DNA of 63,992 nucleotides, filler included, from Basidiobolus ranarum (Eukaryota): NCBI GenBank assembly GCA_040143965.1. It is 4 parts of 4 records of this genome, joined end to end, with 100 filler letters (N's around TTAATTAATTAA, not from the genome) between each part and the next. Parts side by side here need not be neighbours in the genome. Positions count along the whole stretch, not along the records: positions 1 to 16,181 come from JASJQH010007226.1; positions 16,282 to 32,450 come from JASJQH010007227.1; 2 more parts are not named here. One strand, 5' to 3'. Shown piece by piece: positions 14,312 to 24,994 of this stretch (position 1 is its first letter; each line of letters starts with the position of its first letter). The notes under the pieces were generated by a model. It saw only the letters and a program-made list of their open reading frames with translations, ran no database searches and was not told where the DNA came from. The position numbers and the translations under genes were made by a program.

Positions 14312-14575
14312 CGCCCCCTATTCGAAGGTCACTGACCTACCCCTGAAGGAGGTAGGGGACCACCCTCCGAGGGGCCCCTTCCTCGGTATGGGGAGCCGGT
14401 AGAGCCATGGCCCCCTTTTGCCCCCAGAGGGCTTGGGGACCGATTTAGGAATGGGCCGAAATAATTATCCATTCTTCGGCTTCGGTCGCCGGCGGCTTCA
14501 CTCAGGAAGTTCCTACCTGTGCCCCACCCCTATCCTGGGGAAAGGGGACGGGTGGGGGGGGGGAAACCTACTCTA
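14312..14575. other. GC-rich multi-hairpin island
   Basis: Abrupt high-GC block in AT-rich DNA with serial inverted repeats (ggtca/tgacc, cctacc/ggtagg, ccctc/gaggg, cccca/tgggg, ccgaa/ttcgg, ccccaccc/gggtgggg) and G-runs. Confidence 0.6.
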
Positions 14576-15196
14576 TTTTATCCAATTACCTGGTATTAAA
14601 GCTAAACAAAACTTATACAGCTAGTAATGTATAAAATCTTTTCATACACATAATTGTGGGAAAAGGTAATTTATATATATATTTACTGTGTGCTTAAGCA
14701 AAAAAGTGACTTTAGAGTATATTTTGAAGTACCGAACCACTTCCAACCTAAAACTTGAACCGAAATCACTCATAGCCTATTTGTGGATTAATGAACAATA
14801 CAATTTACTACTTGATAACCATAGTTTTTGGTCCTGGGTATCTTGTTTGTTCACCGAGCTACCAAGTAGTCAGTATTATGTGATTTATAGACACATTAGC
14901 AATTGAAAAGTACTAATACTAAAAATCTACATTTGCATCCCACAGTATCAAAATTACTCTGTTGAATATATTAGTGTCTCAGTGGTTTCTTAGGATCCAT
15001 GCAGTTCTTGTGGATTGAGTATGCAAACATCCTACTAAAAGAGAACACTCAGTCACCTAATGCAGCACCCACTCTGAAGTAGGATATAGTCATTGACTTT
15101 TAGTATATTAGTCAAGATATCTAAAAAGATATAAGCTCTAATTCTTTGCAGGAGATCACTTTGAAAAGTTAGTATGGCAACATTAACACTTGTCAT

Positions 15197-15527
15197 TGTG
15201 AAATTATTTGGGAGCCTGTTGGAAGTGGTTTGGAGAATTAGAGAAATTGGTGGTTTTCACTTATTGAGTATTCAGTTGACATTTATAGTTTTGTCAAGAT
15301 GTAAAAATGTAAGCAAACTAACATATATAGAGTGTGTTAAGGAAGGTCCTAGGAACATGTGCGCAAAGTTTGGGGCTTCTAGCACAAGTTATCAAAATCT
15401 ATATATCTTAAAACTTCTAAGTAAATTCCGATATCGAATAATGGGTGATATCTTAGTTCAATATAGGATAACTAAATACTAAGCTATATATGACTATATA
15501 AGTGTTTAGGCAATGCTAATTTCAACA
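15197..15527. mobile_element. Solo LTR (family L1) with 5-bp target-site duplication GTCAT
   Basis: TGTGAAAT...TTCAACA termini with GTCAT at 15192-15196 and 15528-15532; homologous to 35844-36262 and (reverse) 50433-50781. Confidence 0.8.
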
Positions 15528-16181
15528 GTCATCAGGATCCACTTGAATAGAGTATTAATTCAATATAAAAATATAGATGACTTACAACTCATAAACTCCT
15601 AATCATCCCGACCACTTGTAACTCAAACTAATCAGGGGGTGGTGGTTGGTTTTACTCCATATGTGCTATTAGAGTCAATTTTTTCGAACTAAATTCCACA
15701 TATGTAACTGTCTAGCTGACATACAAATTTGATGCAGGGCCAAGAACAAGTACAGAGGTTGCAAAAAGGATCCTTAGAAATTCACAAAGCTACTTTACTA
15801 AGCATCCTCTTTAATACACCTTATCTACTATGGCCACTGTTGTATTTTTTGATATTGGAAGGCACTTGGGCTGCCGTCAACACAAAATCACCGGAAACAC
15901 AACTATGAAAATAGAGTGATTGGAGGTGTCGATGAAAATGGAAATAATTCTATTTAGCGGTAGTCTTGGTCGTCATACTAGAGTCGCTTAAGATCTCTCA
16001 ATTAGTTTCCTTCTGACAGGTTTCATCATTAACCCGGTATTGAACTAAGTAAGAAATCTATACTAGGCGGATGTTGGAAAGATAATTTATTATTTCTTTT
16101 TGATGGTGAAAGTGGAGGGGTAGGGATCGGGTAGGTAAATATACGGAAATTGGTCAACAGCCACCAGTCATTCTGGCCAAC

Positions 16182-16281
16182 NNNNNNNNNNNNNNNNNNN
16201 NNNNNNNNNNNNNNNNNNNNNNNNNTTAATTAATTAANNNNNNNNNNNNNNNNNNNNNNNNNNNNNNNNNNNNNNNNNNNN
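16182..16281. other. Artificial scaffold linker (N44-TTAATTAATTAA-N44)
   Basis: Identical 100-bp spacer with all-frame stops occurs three times. Confidence 0.95.
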
Positions 16282-16307
16282 CCAACAGGCTCCCAAATAC
16301 TTTAACA
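16282..16307. mobile_element. Terminal fragment of solo-LTR family L1 at scaffold start
   Basis: ccaacaggctcccaaatactttaaca is the reverse complement of the L1 LTR end seen at 35844 (tgttaaagtatttgggagc.tgttgg). Confidence 0.7.
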
Positions 16308-16599
16308 ACAAGCACTAATCAAATATTTCTTTTACACACTTCCAACATGCTGTTACATATATTCTTCAACATTATGTATACCACTCTTTCTATAACTTTA
16401 ATCCCCTCTACCCTTACTGATGAATATATTCTCTCCAGAAATCATTTCTGATGCAGTTAAATTAAAGTTTTAGTATATATTTATTTGGGAACATCTGGGA
16501 ACTAATAGCAATAGTACGTATGCTAAGATATGCTAGATAGTTACGGGTAGTAAATAATGAACACCTTACTCATAAAACTAATAGTTATTCATATTGGTG

Positions 16600-17526
16600 A
16601 CTAAGGTGAGAACGAAAGTTTTTTATTGACCGTTATAACCTCTCTTGTATTCATCTTGATCATGGTTACGACCGAAGCGAGAAAGTCTCTTTCTTATTCA
16701 TTGTTATGTTCATCTTGATCATATTAGCGACCAAAGCAGAAGCGAGTATTATCTTGCTGATCACGTTCTCCATTGAAACCTCTCGTATATTCATTACCTT
16801 GCTCATATTGACTACCAAGTCGAGAGCGAGAGTTGTTTCGTTGACCGTGTTCTCCGCTAAAGCCTCTTTCATATCCATTGCCCTGCTCATCTTGATCATA
16901 TTGGCGACCGAAGTGAGAATGAGAGTCGTTAGACTGGTCACGTCTTACATTGAAACCTCTCTCGTATTCTATATCTTGCTCATATTGATGACCAAGTCGA
17001 GAGCGAGAGTTACTTTGTTGACCGTGTTCTCCGCTAAAGCCTCTTTCATATCCATTATTATGTTCATCTTGGCCATATTGGTGGCCAAAGCGAGAGTGAG
17101 AGTTGTTTTGCTGATCACGTCCTCCATTAAAACCCCTCTCATGCTCATTCTCCTGATCACATTGATGACCAAGGTGAGACGGAGAATTATTTTGTTGACC
17201 ACGTTCTCCGTTTAAACCACTTTCATATCCATTGTCCTGCTTACTTTGATCATATTGGTGACCGAAGCGAGAGCGAGAGTTGTTTTGCTAGCCACGCCCT
17301 TCATTGAAACCTCTCTCTTATTCACTATCTTACCCATATTGGCAACCAAAGCGAGAATGAGAATTGTTTTGTTGGCTATGTCTTCCGTTAATGCCCCTCT
17401 CATATTCATCCTCTTGATCATACTGGCGACTGTAGCGGGAACGAGGATAATGTCCTGGTGATGCTTTCTAGTTAGGCCCCTTTCTGACTTGAGATCATTT
17501 CGAGATAAAAATTGTTGAGAAGGCAT
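16600..17526 (-). pseudogene. Decayed gene for a hydrophilic tandem-repeat protein (alternating 28- and 31-codon units, 177-bp higher-order repeat)
   Basis: An unlisted frame reads YERGFNGERGQQNNSRSRFGHQYDQDE(QxNG) repeatedly. ATG at 17526 with TATATAAA about 40 bp upstream. Apparent 1-bp deletion near 17450 and several in-frame TAA/TAG. accgtgttctccgctaaagc occurs at 16844 and 17021 (177 bp apart). Confidence 0.7.
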
Positions 17527-18242
17527 ACTTAATATAGTGGATGTGGTTTTTATGCGCTTTTTATATAAGAAATGTGGCTTGGATTTCTAACTGTACATAA
17601 CCCAAGCCACTTTGTGTTTAACTGTTGTTAATTGCAACATATATTTCGTATTTACTCCAACTTGTGGATATTGAATTCACTCCATATTTACTTCGAATAT
17701 ATCTAGCCGTCTAGTTGAAATTCGTAAGACGATTTATAGTGGGAGCAATATATCTGAACATATAAAAATGTCGCAATTAGTTGGAAGAACAGAACGACAA
17801 GGCAATTCCAGAAGATTACTTGCAGAGATTTTTGAAGATTATGTGCGGGAAATAGGTGTATGATTTTGTTTGCTCTAGGTATTTGTGAGACGGTTGTTTA
17901 AAATTAAACCTGACTTAACTGATCGTAAACCATGATCACTTAAATCGCACAATGGCCGATCGTTGGGTCATGGAGCAAACATCGACCCTCTCTTCTATTT
18001 TAGTCGAAGGTTTGTTAAAAATATATCCATGGGAAGCTAGAAAAGTCAAAAAAATCTAGCAATCCATAATAAGAAGACGTATCCAAATTAATTATGATTC
18101 ATTGGGTGGAATTAACCTTTCCATGAGGATTACCATTACTGTCAATTTTATCACCATATTCAGAGAATTCCGCTCACCAATGGTTGGAAGAGTCCACCCG
18201 GTTTCTTCCATCACCGGCGTGTAGAACACCTCTGTGTCGAGG

Positions 18243-18250
18243 TATAAATA
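18243..18250 (+). promoter_or_regulatory. TATA box of YVWW microprotein 1
   Basis: TATAAATA about 55 bp upstream of ATG 18302. Confidence 0.55.
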
Positions 18251-18301
18251 GTTTGCATCTTACCTACAACAAGGCACTTGTTTAAGAAATCAACTTCCAC
18301 A

Positions 18302-18499
18302 ATGGCCTTCGCTCTCACTCGTCTTCAATATCTCAAACCAGTTGCCACTGTTAATCTCAGCACTTACACAATGACTGGCCTCGGCTCCGCTTCCATCGCC
18401 TGGTTTATATCCACCGCAATCAACAAAAGCAGATCAGAACAGCCTTCACCCACAAAACCAACACTCTCACAAGACATGGAGTCCTACGTTTGGTGGTAG
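18302..18499 (+). CDS. YVWW-family microprotein 1 (65 aa)
   Basis: MAFALTRLQYLKPVATVNLSTYTMTGLGSASIAWFISTAINKSRSEQPSPTKPTLSQDMESYVWW*; TATA upstream, AATAAA downstream (~18576); C-terminus shared with neighbours. Confidence 0.8.
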   Translation: MAFALTRLQYLKPVATVNLSTYTMTGLGSASIAWFISTAINKSRSEQPSPTKPTLSQDMESYVWW

Positions 18500-18893
18500 A
18501 GTGATATGTTTGGTGGTAGACTCTTTACTACATCCTATAGAATAATGTACCTGTATTATAAGTTCAACTGTAACAATAAATATATTGCATTCAACGATAA
18601 AACTAGTTTCTGTCTGAAGTAAAATGAACCATGTGCTTAGTAGCTATTGGTTGGCTAGAATCTAACTTCTGTCATGTGCAATCAATTTGTTAAAATCAAG
18701 CTTCTGTCATGTTCTCAACACGTGGAACTTAGCCTAACCAAATGGCAAACAAAACTCATCGAATCACAACATATTTAATGTCTAGTATATTGCATTTTAT
18801 TGACCATAGATTGAGTAGTAGTTAAGATTAGCTTATGTACAGATGGTTTGACAGATGATTACATTAAAATACGCCGTGGTATGGATGATTGAG

Positions 18894-19046
18894 TTACCAC
18901 CAAACATAGGACCCAAGGTCTTTGGAGAGGCTACTTCTGGACAATTGCGACTGTTCCTGAGGTTTAAGCTGAAGCCATTTGAATCCGAGTAATTCGCGGA
19001 AACCTTTGAAGGCAGTTTGAGAATCGTTGATAGAGTTAGAGTTCAT
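18894..19046 (-). CDS. YVWW-family microprotein 2 (50 aa; not in the ORF track)
   Basis: Hand translation: MNSNSINDSQTAFKGFRELLGFKWLQLKPQEQSQLSRSSLSKDLGSYVWW*; TATAAA on the minus strand at about 19094-19099. Confidence 0.8.
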   Translation of the reverse strand: MNSNSINDSQTAFKGFRELLGFKWLQLKPQEQSQLSRSSLSKDLGSYVWW

Positions 19047-20772
19047 GGCAAGATAATTCAGTTTGAATAATCCGTAGAGTCATACAATCTGAATTTATAT
19101 TGGGTTTCTTTTTTTCTGCCATTCTTTTCTTTTCGGTAACAAATCTTTTCCATTCCGATTATCCCCGCGATAATCCCATATTTATTGGTGGACTAATGAT
19201 GTGGCTATTTGGTAGGCGGCTAGGATAACCATTGGCCAACCCGAGGATGAACGTAGCTAGATCGAACAGTGATCGTTAACCTATTAATATTTCTTCACTT
19301 CCCCGAAATACCCCAAGTTTCCCAAAGCAATGATAAAAAGACCATCTAGATCCTGACATCTCTAGACTCACCTAGTACCACGGCGAATAGTCATTATACT
19401 TAACCAATAGACCTGTCCCATAGTAACAATGACCTCATTTCTCAACTGGTTTTGCAGTGTACGACTGCTTTGTGATGTTTAGATATCAATTTCATATATC
19501 TAAAGTCACATTTACTCTCTTCTTACTCTATAGCCTTTAACTATGCTTCGAACGATAAATGAAATACATCAACTCAAGCAATCGAAGTTACCATAGGTGA
19601 AGTCGGAATGTATATCTAAATCCGACATCATTATATATTTTCGCAGTAACATTCTCATTATTTGCCATGTGAACCGTTGAATTTGATTCTCCACATTTAG
19701 TTTTGTATCACCTGTCGGATGATAATATAGCTTAATAAAAGAATCGAACAACCCACCTGTCACGTCATTTAATAATGCGCGTTCAAATCGAGCTTCATTT
19801 TCTGGCCTCGGAGCTATCCGGGGTGGGGTTCTTTTTGAGCAAGTATTCAGTTGCTGTTCTAGGATTATCAGGAAAGATTCGGATGTATCTCATCCCAAAA
19901 AATCCAATCATATATTCCAGAGTCCAGTCTACGATTTATTTGAATGAATCAGTCTAACAAAGGTAGGGTACTTTAAGTAACAGTTAAATTTAATAGTCAT
20001 TGAGGATAAACAACTTTAACATAGTATCTTCGTTCATATATCTACATCATAGTTAAGTCTGGATGAGTTCAATTTCAACTTGAATTAATACTGAAAAGTG
20101 CTTCTTACCCATTCCATCCTAGACCTTTTCTTTGTGAGAGGCGTTGAGTAAACCAGGCAGGATACAAGAGTGAGAAGCCAACTATGACTGGCACTTGTAC
20201 GGTCTGTAAATAAAAGTATTAAAGTGTGTTAATTTTATAGGTAGAATGTACCAAATTACTTACTGATAACTGAGCGAACACTTTTTGAAATTGCATACTT
20301 CTGCTGTACATTATGTCTGAAGTTTGCGATCATTCTGTCTAATCCCGCCTTAAATATGATTTATAGCGTAAAAAGACAGTTCCCGTTCATCCATTTTAGT
20401 TCATTCCAACACCAAGTAGGTTTATCAGAGATATTACTACCAACACAGACACCCTATCATTCAATCTGTCTATGAGTTTTGATTGAAAGAGTAAAAGATA
20501 ATATGCAGGATTCCGACAGAAGATATCCAAGAATCCATAGAATCTTCGGGATCAGTTTAAATGAAATGGTTGGTAAAATCAACGACAACGAAATCGATTA
20601 TTAAGAAAATCTTTCTATTCTTTAATGTGAACTATCTCCAATGAAGGGTGTTCAAGTGGTGAAATATGCGAAAGAAGATTGGAGACCTCATTTCGATAAA
20701 GATCGAGGTCTTCAATCGAGCTCTTTTCAATATATAAGCGACTCGACTGAGTTGAGGTTTTTCCATCAAATC

Positions 20773-20955
20773 ATGATTTCTGTCACTATTCGTGCTAAGG
20801 CGTTAAACACTTTACCTGCATTATCACTATCCAGTCTGGGTATCTTTGGGGTTGGATGGTTCGGCTCCACGGTATTGACACAGCAACTCAAAGACTCCAA
20901 GGCACATTCCAAAGCATCTAACTCTCAAGATCTGGGAACTTATGTATGGTGGTGA
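20773..20955 (+). CDS. YVWW-family microprotein 3 (60 aa)
   Basis: MISVTIRAKALNTLPALSLSSLGIFGVGWFGSTVLTQQLKDSKAHSKASNSQDLGTYVWW*; TATATAAG at 20731-20738 favours ATG 20773 over the ORF-track start at 20641. Confidence 0.8.
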   Translation: MISVTIRAKALNTLPALSLSSLGIFGVGWFGSTVLTQQLKDSKAHSKASNSQDLGTYVWW

Positions 20956-21650
20956 TCAGTACTTCTCCATCTTCAGAGTAGATAACCTATAACCTATAAT
21001 CTGCGCCTTGACACACTGGAGATTTGTTTATATCTATGTAATAAGTTAGCAACTAGAGTAATATCCTGGAACACTTGACACCATAATAAAGCAAGAGTTT
21101 TCAACACCAGCCAAACCCGGTGACTGTTTAAGATTTCAGTGTTAGATCGAATTTTAAGTTAGTTAAGGTAATACCAAGATGATCAATTTCCGCTAGGTAC
21201 ACAATGATAAACATCAATATCATATGGTGTATTGGTAATAACTGTCTTACCAAAAATAGCAAAATTATTAGACATACTTACTACGCCTAACTTCACATAT
21301 GTACACTCCGCCCACCTTACCCCCATCTTTATACCTTACTCATCACAAAAGCTCAAATATTCAAGAATTACAAGTGAATCAATGATTTGTTTGAATTTAT
21401 TAGGAGTAATCGATAGATGATCGCCTCCGTCTATACATGATGGAATTAGCGGTTAAGAAAATAGAGGGGAGAAGATTAAATGGAACAGCTTGCTATGAAG
21501 GGATAATACTGACATCAATAAAATACCAACAAGTGGAATTTCTATAGGAGAAACAGGTAGAAGGTAGTTTTACAAAAATGCGAAGATAGAGGTTAGGTCG
21601 TTGCTACTCAATTTAAGAGGTGGTCTCCCAAAGTGTGCTATTGCATCGGA

Positions 21651-21872
21651 TTATAAACATACGTAGTCGCCAGGTGAAAGAGAGAGTATCATGGAAGGAT
21701 GTGGCCCACTACTCGTGTTCTCTTTGGACTTGTTTGGAGTGGGTGGAAGCACATGCTGTGTATTCGTGTTGAGAATTGCGATACTGCTGGCACCCAAAGT
21801 TAACCCGAAAAAGGCTATTGAAGGGAATGGCATAGCTCTTGGGACTGAAGTGCGAAGTGGAACTGCAAGCAT
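21651..21872 (-). CDS. Probable divergent fourth microprotein (73 aa), ends LSPGDYVCL
   Basis: MLAVPLRTSVPRAMPFPSIAFFGLTLGASSIAILNT...SLSPGDYVCL*. Same layout (basic N-terminus, GLxLGASSIA hydrophobic stretch, polar linker, GxYV tail); TATATAAG on the minus strand at about 21986-21993. Confidence 0.6.
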   Translation of the reverse strand: MLAVPLRTSVPRAMPFPSIAFFGLTLGASSIAILNTNTQHVLPPTPNKSKENTSSGPHPSMILSLSPGDYVCL

Positions 21873-23546
21873 CTTTGTGTGTAAAGAGAAGATATAACTT
21901 GAAAGTCGTAGACGGCGTAAAAGCAACTGATCAGCGATGGATTGGATGATGATAGTTGTTGAATTAAGTTGAGTAACCCAAGTTGCTTATATACTTTTCT
22001 CATTCCGGTTAATTTAGTCGAAACTTGACATTGGTTGGGTCCAACAAATCGTGGAAAAAAACTGGATGAAACATGGAAAAGATCCGAAGTGATTTCATTT
22101 GACCAGTAATTTGTTATGAGAGGTCTGCCTCCAGCCACAGAGAGGATTTTGGACCAAAACCATTGGATTCAGATTCTTGATATCGCTTCCTATATTAGCT
22201 TCTATTATTGCTTATAATCACCAAAGTTGTAATACCCATACATTTCCTCAGAACTTCGGATATAAACCACCAATCATGCGTTTCAGCCATTTCCAAGACT
22301 AGACCAAATTGGATCCTCAGCTTGCTTATTAGTGAAGTGCGTCGGATCCGCCATACATAACGACTTGGCCTTACCCCAAAGGCATTCTCCTTGATTACCT
22401 ATTCCGGACTTCTACACTCTCTAGAAGTGCACCAAGGCCTATTCTTATAACAGCAAAGGCAGTACATTGGGGACAAGGCTACACTACATATAATCACTTT
22501 ATTACGCTTCATTCAGTAATACCAACTCACTATGCTAGCTCAGGCCCTAAACCTGCCCCAACCCAACCTCATGGACGTAGGTGGGTAGATTAGATACTGT
22601 CTCATTGATAGCTAACGGTAGGATATTGGTTGTCTATCTCAACAATTATACAACGCGGTAACTGCCCCAATATGTTTAGGATCACCCAATAAGGTGAGAG
22701 GGTGGTGGCTCATTACATCACCACGTTCTTTTACCAAGTCTTTGGCTAGCCTTCTGCTCAACTAATCCATTGTTCAAGTGTGCTGAAATGGGTTCTATCC
22801 AATGATATATATGATTCGCAAATTGCGTAGCTTGAATCGATTAATGAACAAATAAGATTAATGGCGGACTAGACTTACGAACTGCTTAGGCTACTGCTTG
22901 ATTGGCTCTACCGTTTCATTTAACTCGTTCATAAACAGGTGTAATTCTGACTAACCTTAATATATATATGCTTCTATATTTAAAGTCCACACTGTAAGTG
23001 AGACATCTAAAAATACCTATCCCTAGCCCTATGCATTTAAAACATCGCTTATACAATCTTATCACTACTAAATGTTTATAAGAGTAGCTTACTTACCATG
23101 TGCATGCTGCTTATATAGATGAAGTACATGCATTCACTGATGTCTCAGTTTACGTACTGTGGTGGCAATTCTGTCAAAGTACAAATATAGATCAAGTTCA
23201 GTAAAGTAATGCTCATCTCATTATCATTGTACATAGTAGAGAAGCATTCCTGTGCTAAATGCTATATCCTTATTTAAACCAAGTTTGAATATTTTATACA
23301 TGCTTTAAATAATAGAGAGTGATTATATATCTTAATGCAACATAGGGAGTTTTGTTTAAGAAATTGTCAGAAATAACTATTTACAATGACTTTAGAGTTC
23401 CATCTTACTGGCTAGAATCAGTCAGCTATATTTACCAGGATGTAGCATTAAATGATATGATCTAGGTATTATAAAGGTATGAGCAAAGTCAGAATTAGTA
23501 GAGTACAGAAAATATAGATTGCACACATTTTATTAGATTCATTTGC

Positions 23547-24557
23547 TTAAAGTAATAGACTTTTTCCAAGATTCGGTTGGGCAATGCTACTATGAAACCA
23601 AGTCGATTTCAGTTTCAACTTTTCATGATGAGTAACTCTGTACAAAAAATCCGTGATACTAAAGTCTAAAAACTGAGGGTTGCAAGTGTTGAATACGACT
23701 GGATGTGTAGACTGAACATATATCCAACCGAATGTTGAACTCTTGGGATGCGTCACATCTAATAATAATCTATCTCCAGATGAGCTTTGACTAATCAATA
23801 GAAGCTTTCTTTCTTTCCTTTTCCATTCTGCATTAAGCTGAGGGCTCCTTCGATTATGTAGTACATGAGAAGGATGCTCACCATCCAGCGAACCTGAATC
23901 GGTGTATTCTTCAACACGTAGTAAACGGAAGTTGCGCAAAGTATCCTCCGGACCAAAAAACAAAAATCTAGAGTGATTGCTAAAATTCCAAGGTAAGTCT
24001 GGTTGCTTTAACGACAATCGGTGGGAGAAGTTGAGTAAGAAGTTCAGAAAATCGAATGGTAATACTACAGAAAGATTCCGTTGTAACTGATTCAAGATAT
24101 CGACACCCCGTAATCTATTCAAATATGGGTCTTTAGTGTTTGTAGTGAAAGAAATATTTAAGGATTCAGGGCATGTAGGGTATCTAGGGCATTCTCTCAA
24201 ATGAACCGATTCTTGTATCATGGATTCTATCGCATTTTGTTGTGTTCGATTGATGGTCAAAATATATTGGATCAAATGAATTATTTCCCGGAATTTGTTG
24301 CATGTAGACCTAATATCAGGCACTGCTATCCACAAAGTACCTCCTCTTGATTCATCATATTCCTGCCAATTCCCCAAGTTGCAGTGCAATTCGTCCCACA
24401 TTTGTCCGGTGATGTAAAGAAACTCTTGATAACCAAGTTTCCGCGAAAGACTGGCAAATCTATGGTCAACTGAGTGTAGATGTGTGAGGTCAACAGGTGT
24501 ACACATACTAACTATCCGAAGCCATATTTCAGAGGGGAGTCTTTGAACAGGATGCAT
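23547..24557 (-). CDS. F-box protein with a C-terminal SMI1/KNR4 (SUKH)-like region
   Basis: N-terminal RLPSEIWLRIVSMC..DL.HL.SVD.RF is F-box-like. C-terminal LQRNLSVVLPFDFLNFL ... LLISQSSSGDRLLLDV....STFGWIY ... SITDFL resembles SUKH. Intronless ORF. Confidence 0.6.
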   Translation of the reverse strand: MHPVQRLPSEIWLRIVSMCTPVDLTHLHSVDHRFASLSRKLGYQEFLYITGQMWDELHCNLGNWQEYDESRGGTLWIAVPDIRSTCNKFREIIHLIQYILTINRTQQNAIESMIQESVHLRECPRYPTCPESLNISFTTNTKDPYLNRLRGVDILNQLQRNLSVVLPFDFLNFLLNFSHRLSLKQPDLPWNFSNHSRFLFFGPEDTLRNFRLLRVEEYTDSGSLDGEHPSHVLHNRRSPQLNAEWKRKERKLLLISQSSSGDRLLLDVTHPKSSTFGWIYVQSTHPVVFNTCNPQFLDFSITDFLYRVTHHEKLKLKSTWFHSSIAQPNLGKSLLL

Positions 24558-24994
24558 AATCTTAGTGTTTATGATCAAAAGGAAGTCAACTCTTGGTTAA
24601 ATATTCAAGGTGTAGCCCCCCAAACGTTTAATACATACCTGTAACTAACCGAATTTGGCTGATTGGTACCATATTTGGAAATTAATTACAGGTGTATGAA
24701 TCATCTGTGAATCATCTGAATCCTTAGTGCATTTAAGGATTTGGGCCCAACACCAAATTGAGTGGTTTGAGTTTTTCCGAGGCTTCTGTATTAGATGACT
24801 CTTGAGTAAGAGTTAGTGCCCATTACCATATCTGCTCGAAACTATCCAGGTGATTACACCCTTACTCTCAGTAATATTCCTGACTCAGTATTATCTATTG
24901 CGGCATTTCGATTATCTCAAAGGTGGTGACTCAATAGCTTTTATATATATTGAATTTATATTGTATTCATAAAGAACTCAAACACTCGTTGAGA

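Noticed and set aside
16600-17526. CRISPR-like array, or the hydrophobic ORFs 16706-17215(+), 16666-16941(-), 16969-17202(-), 17246-17461(+)
   Set aside because: Units are contiguous codon-multiple tandem repeats with no unique spacers, and the host is eukaryotic. The listed ORFs are off-frame shadows of the repeat gene.
20641-20772. N-terminal extension of the 104-aa ORF
   Set aside because: A TATA box lies inside it, and paralog lengths favour ATG 20773.
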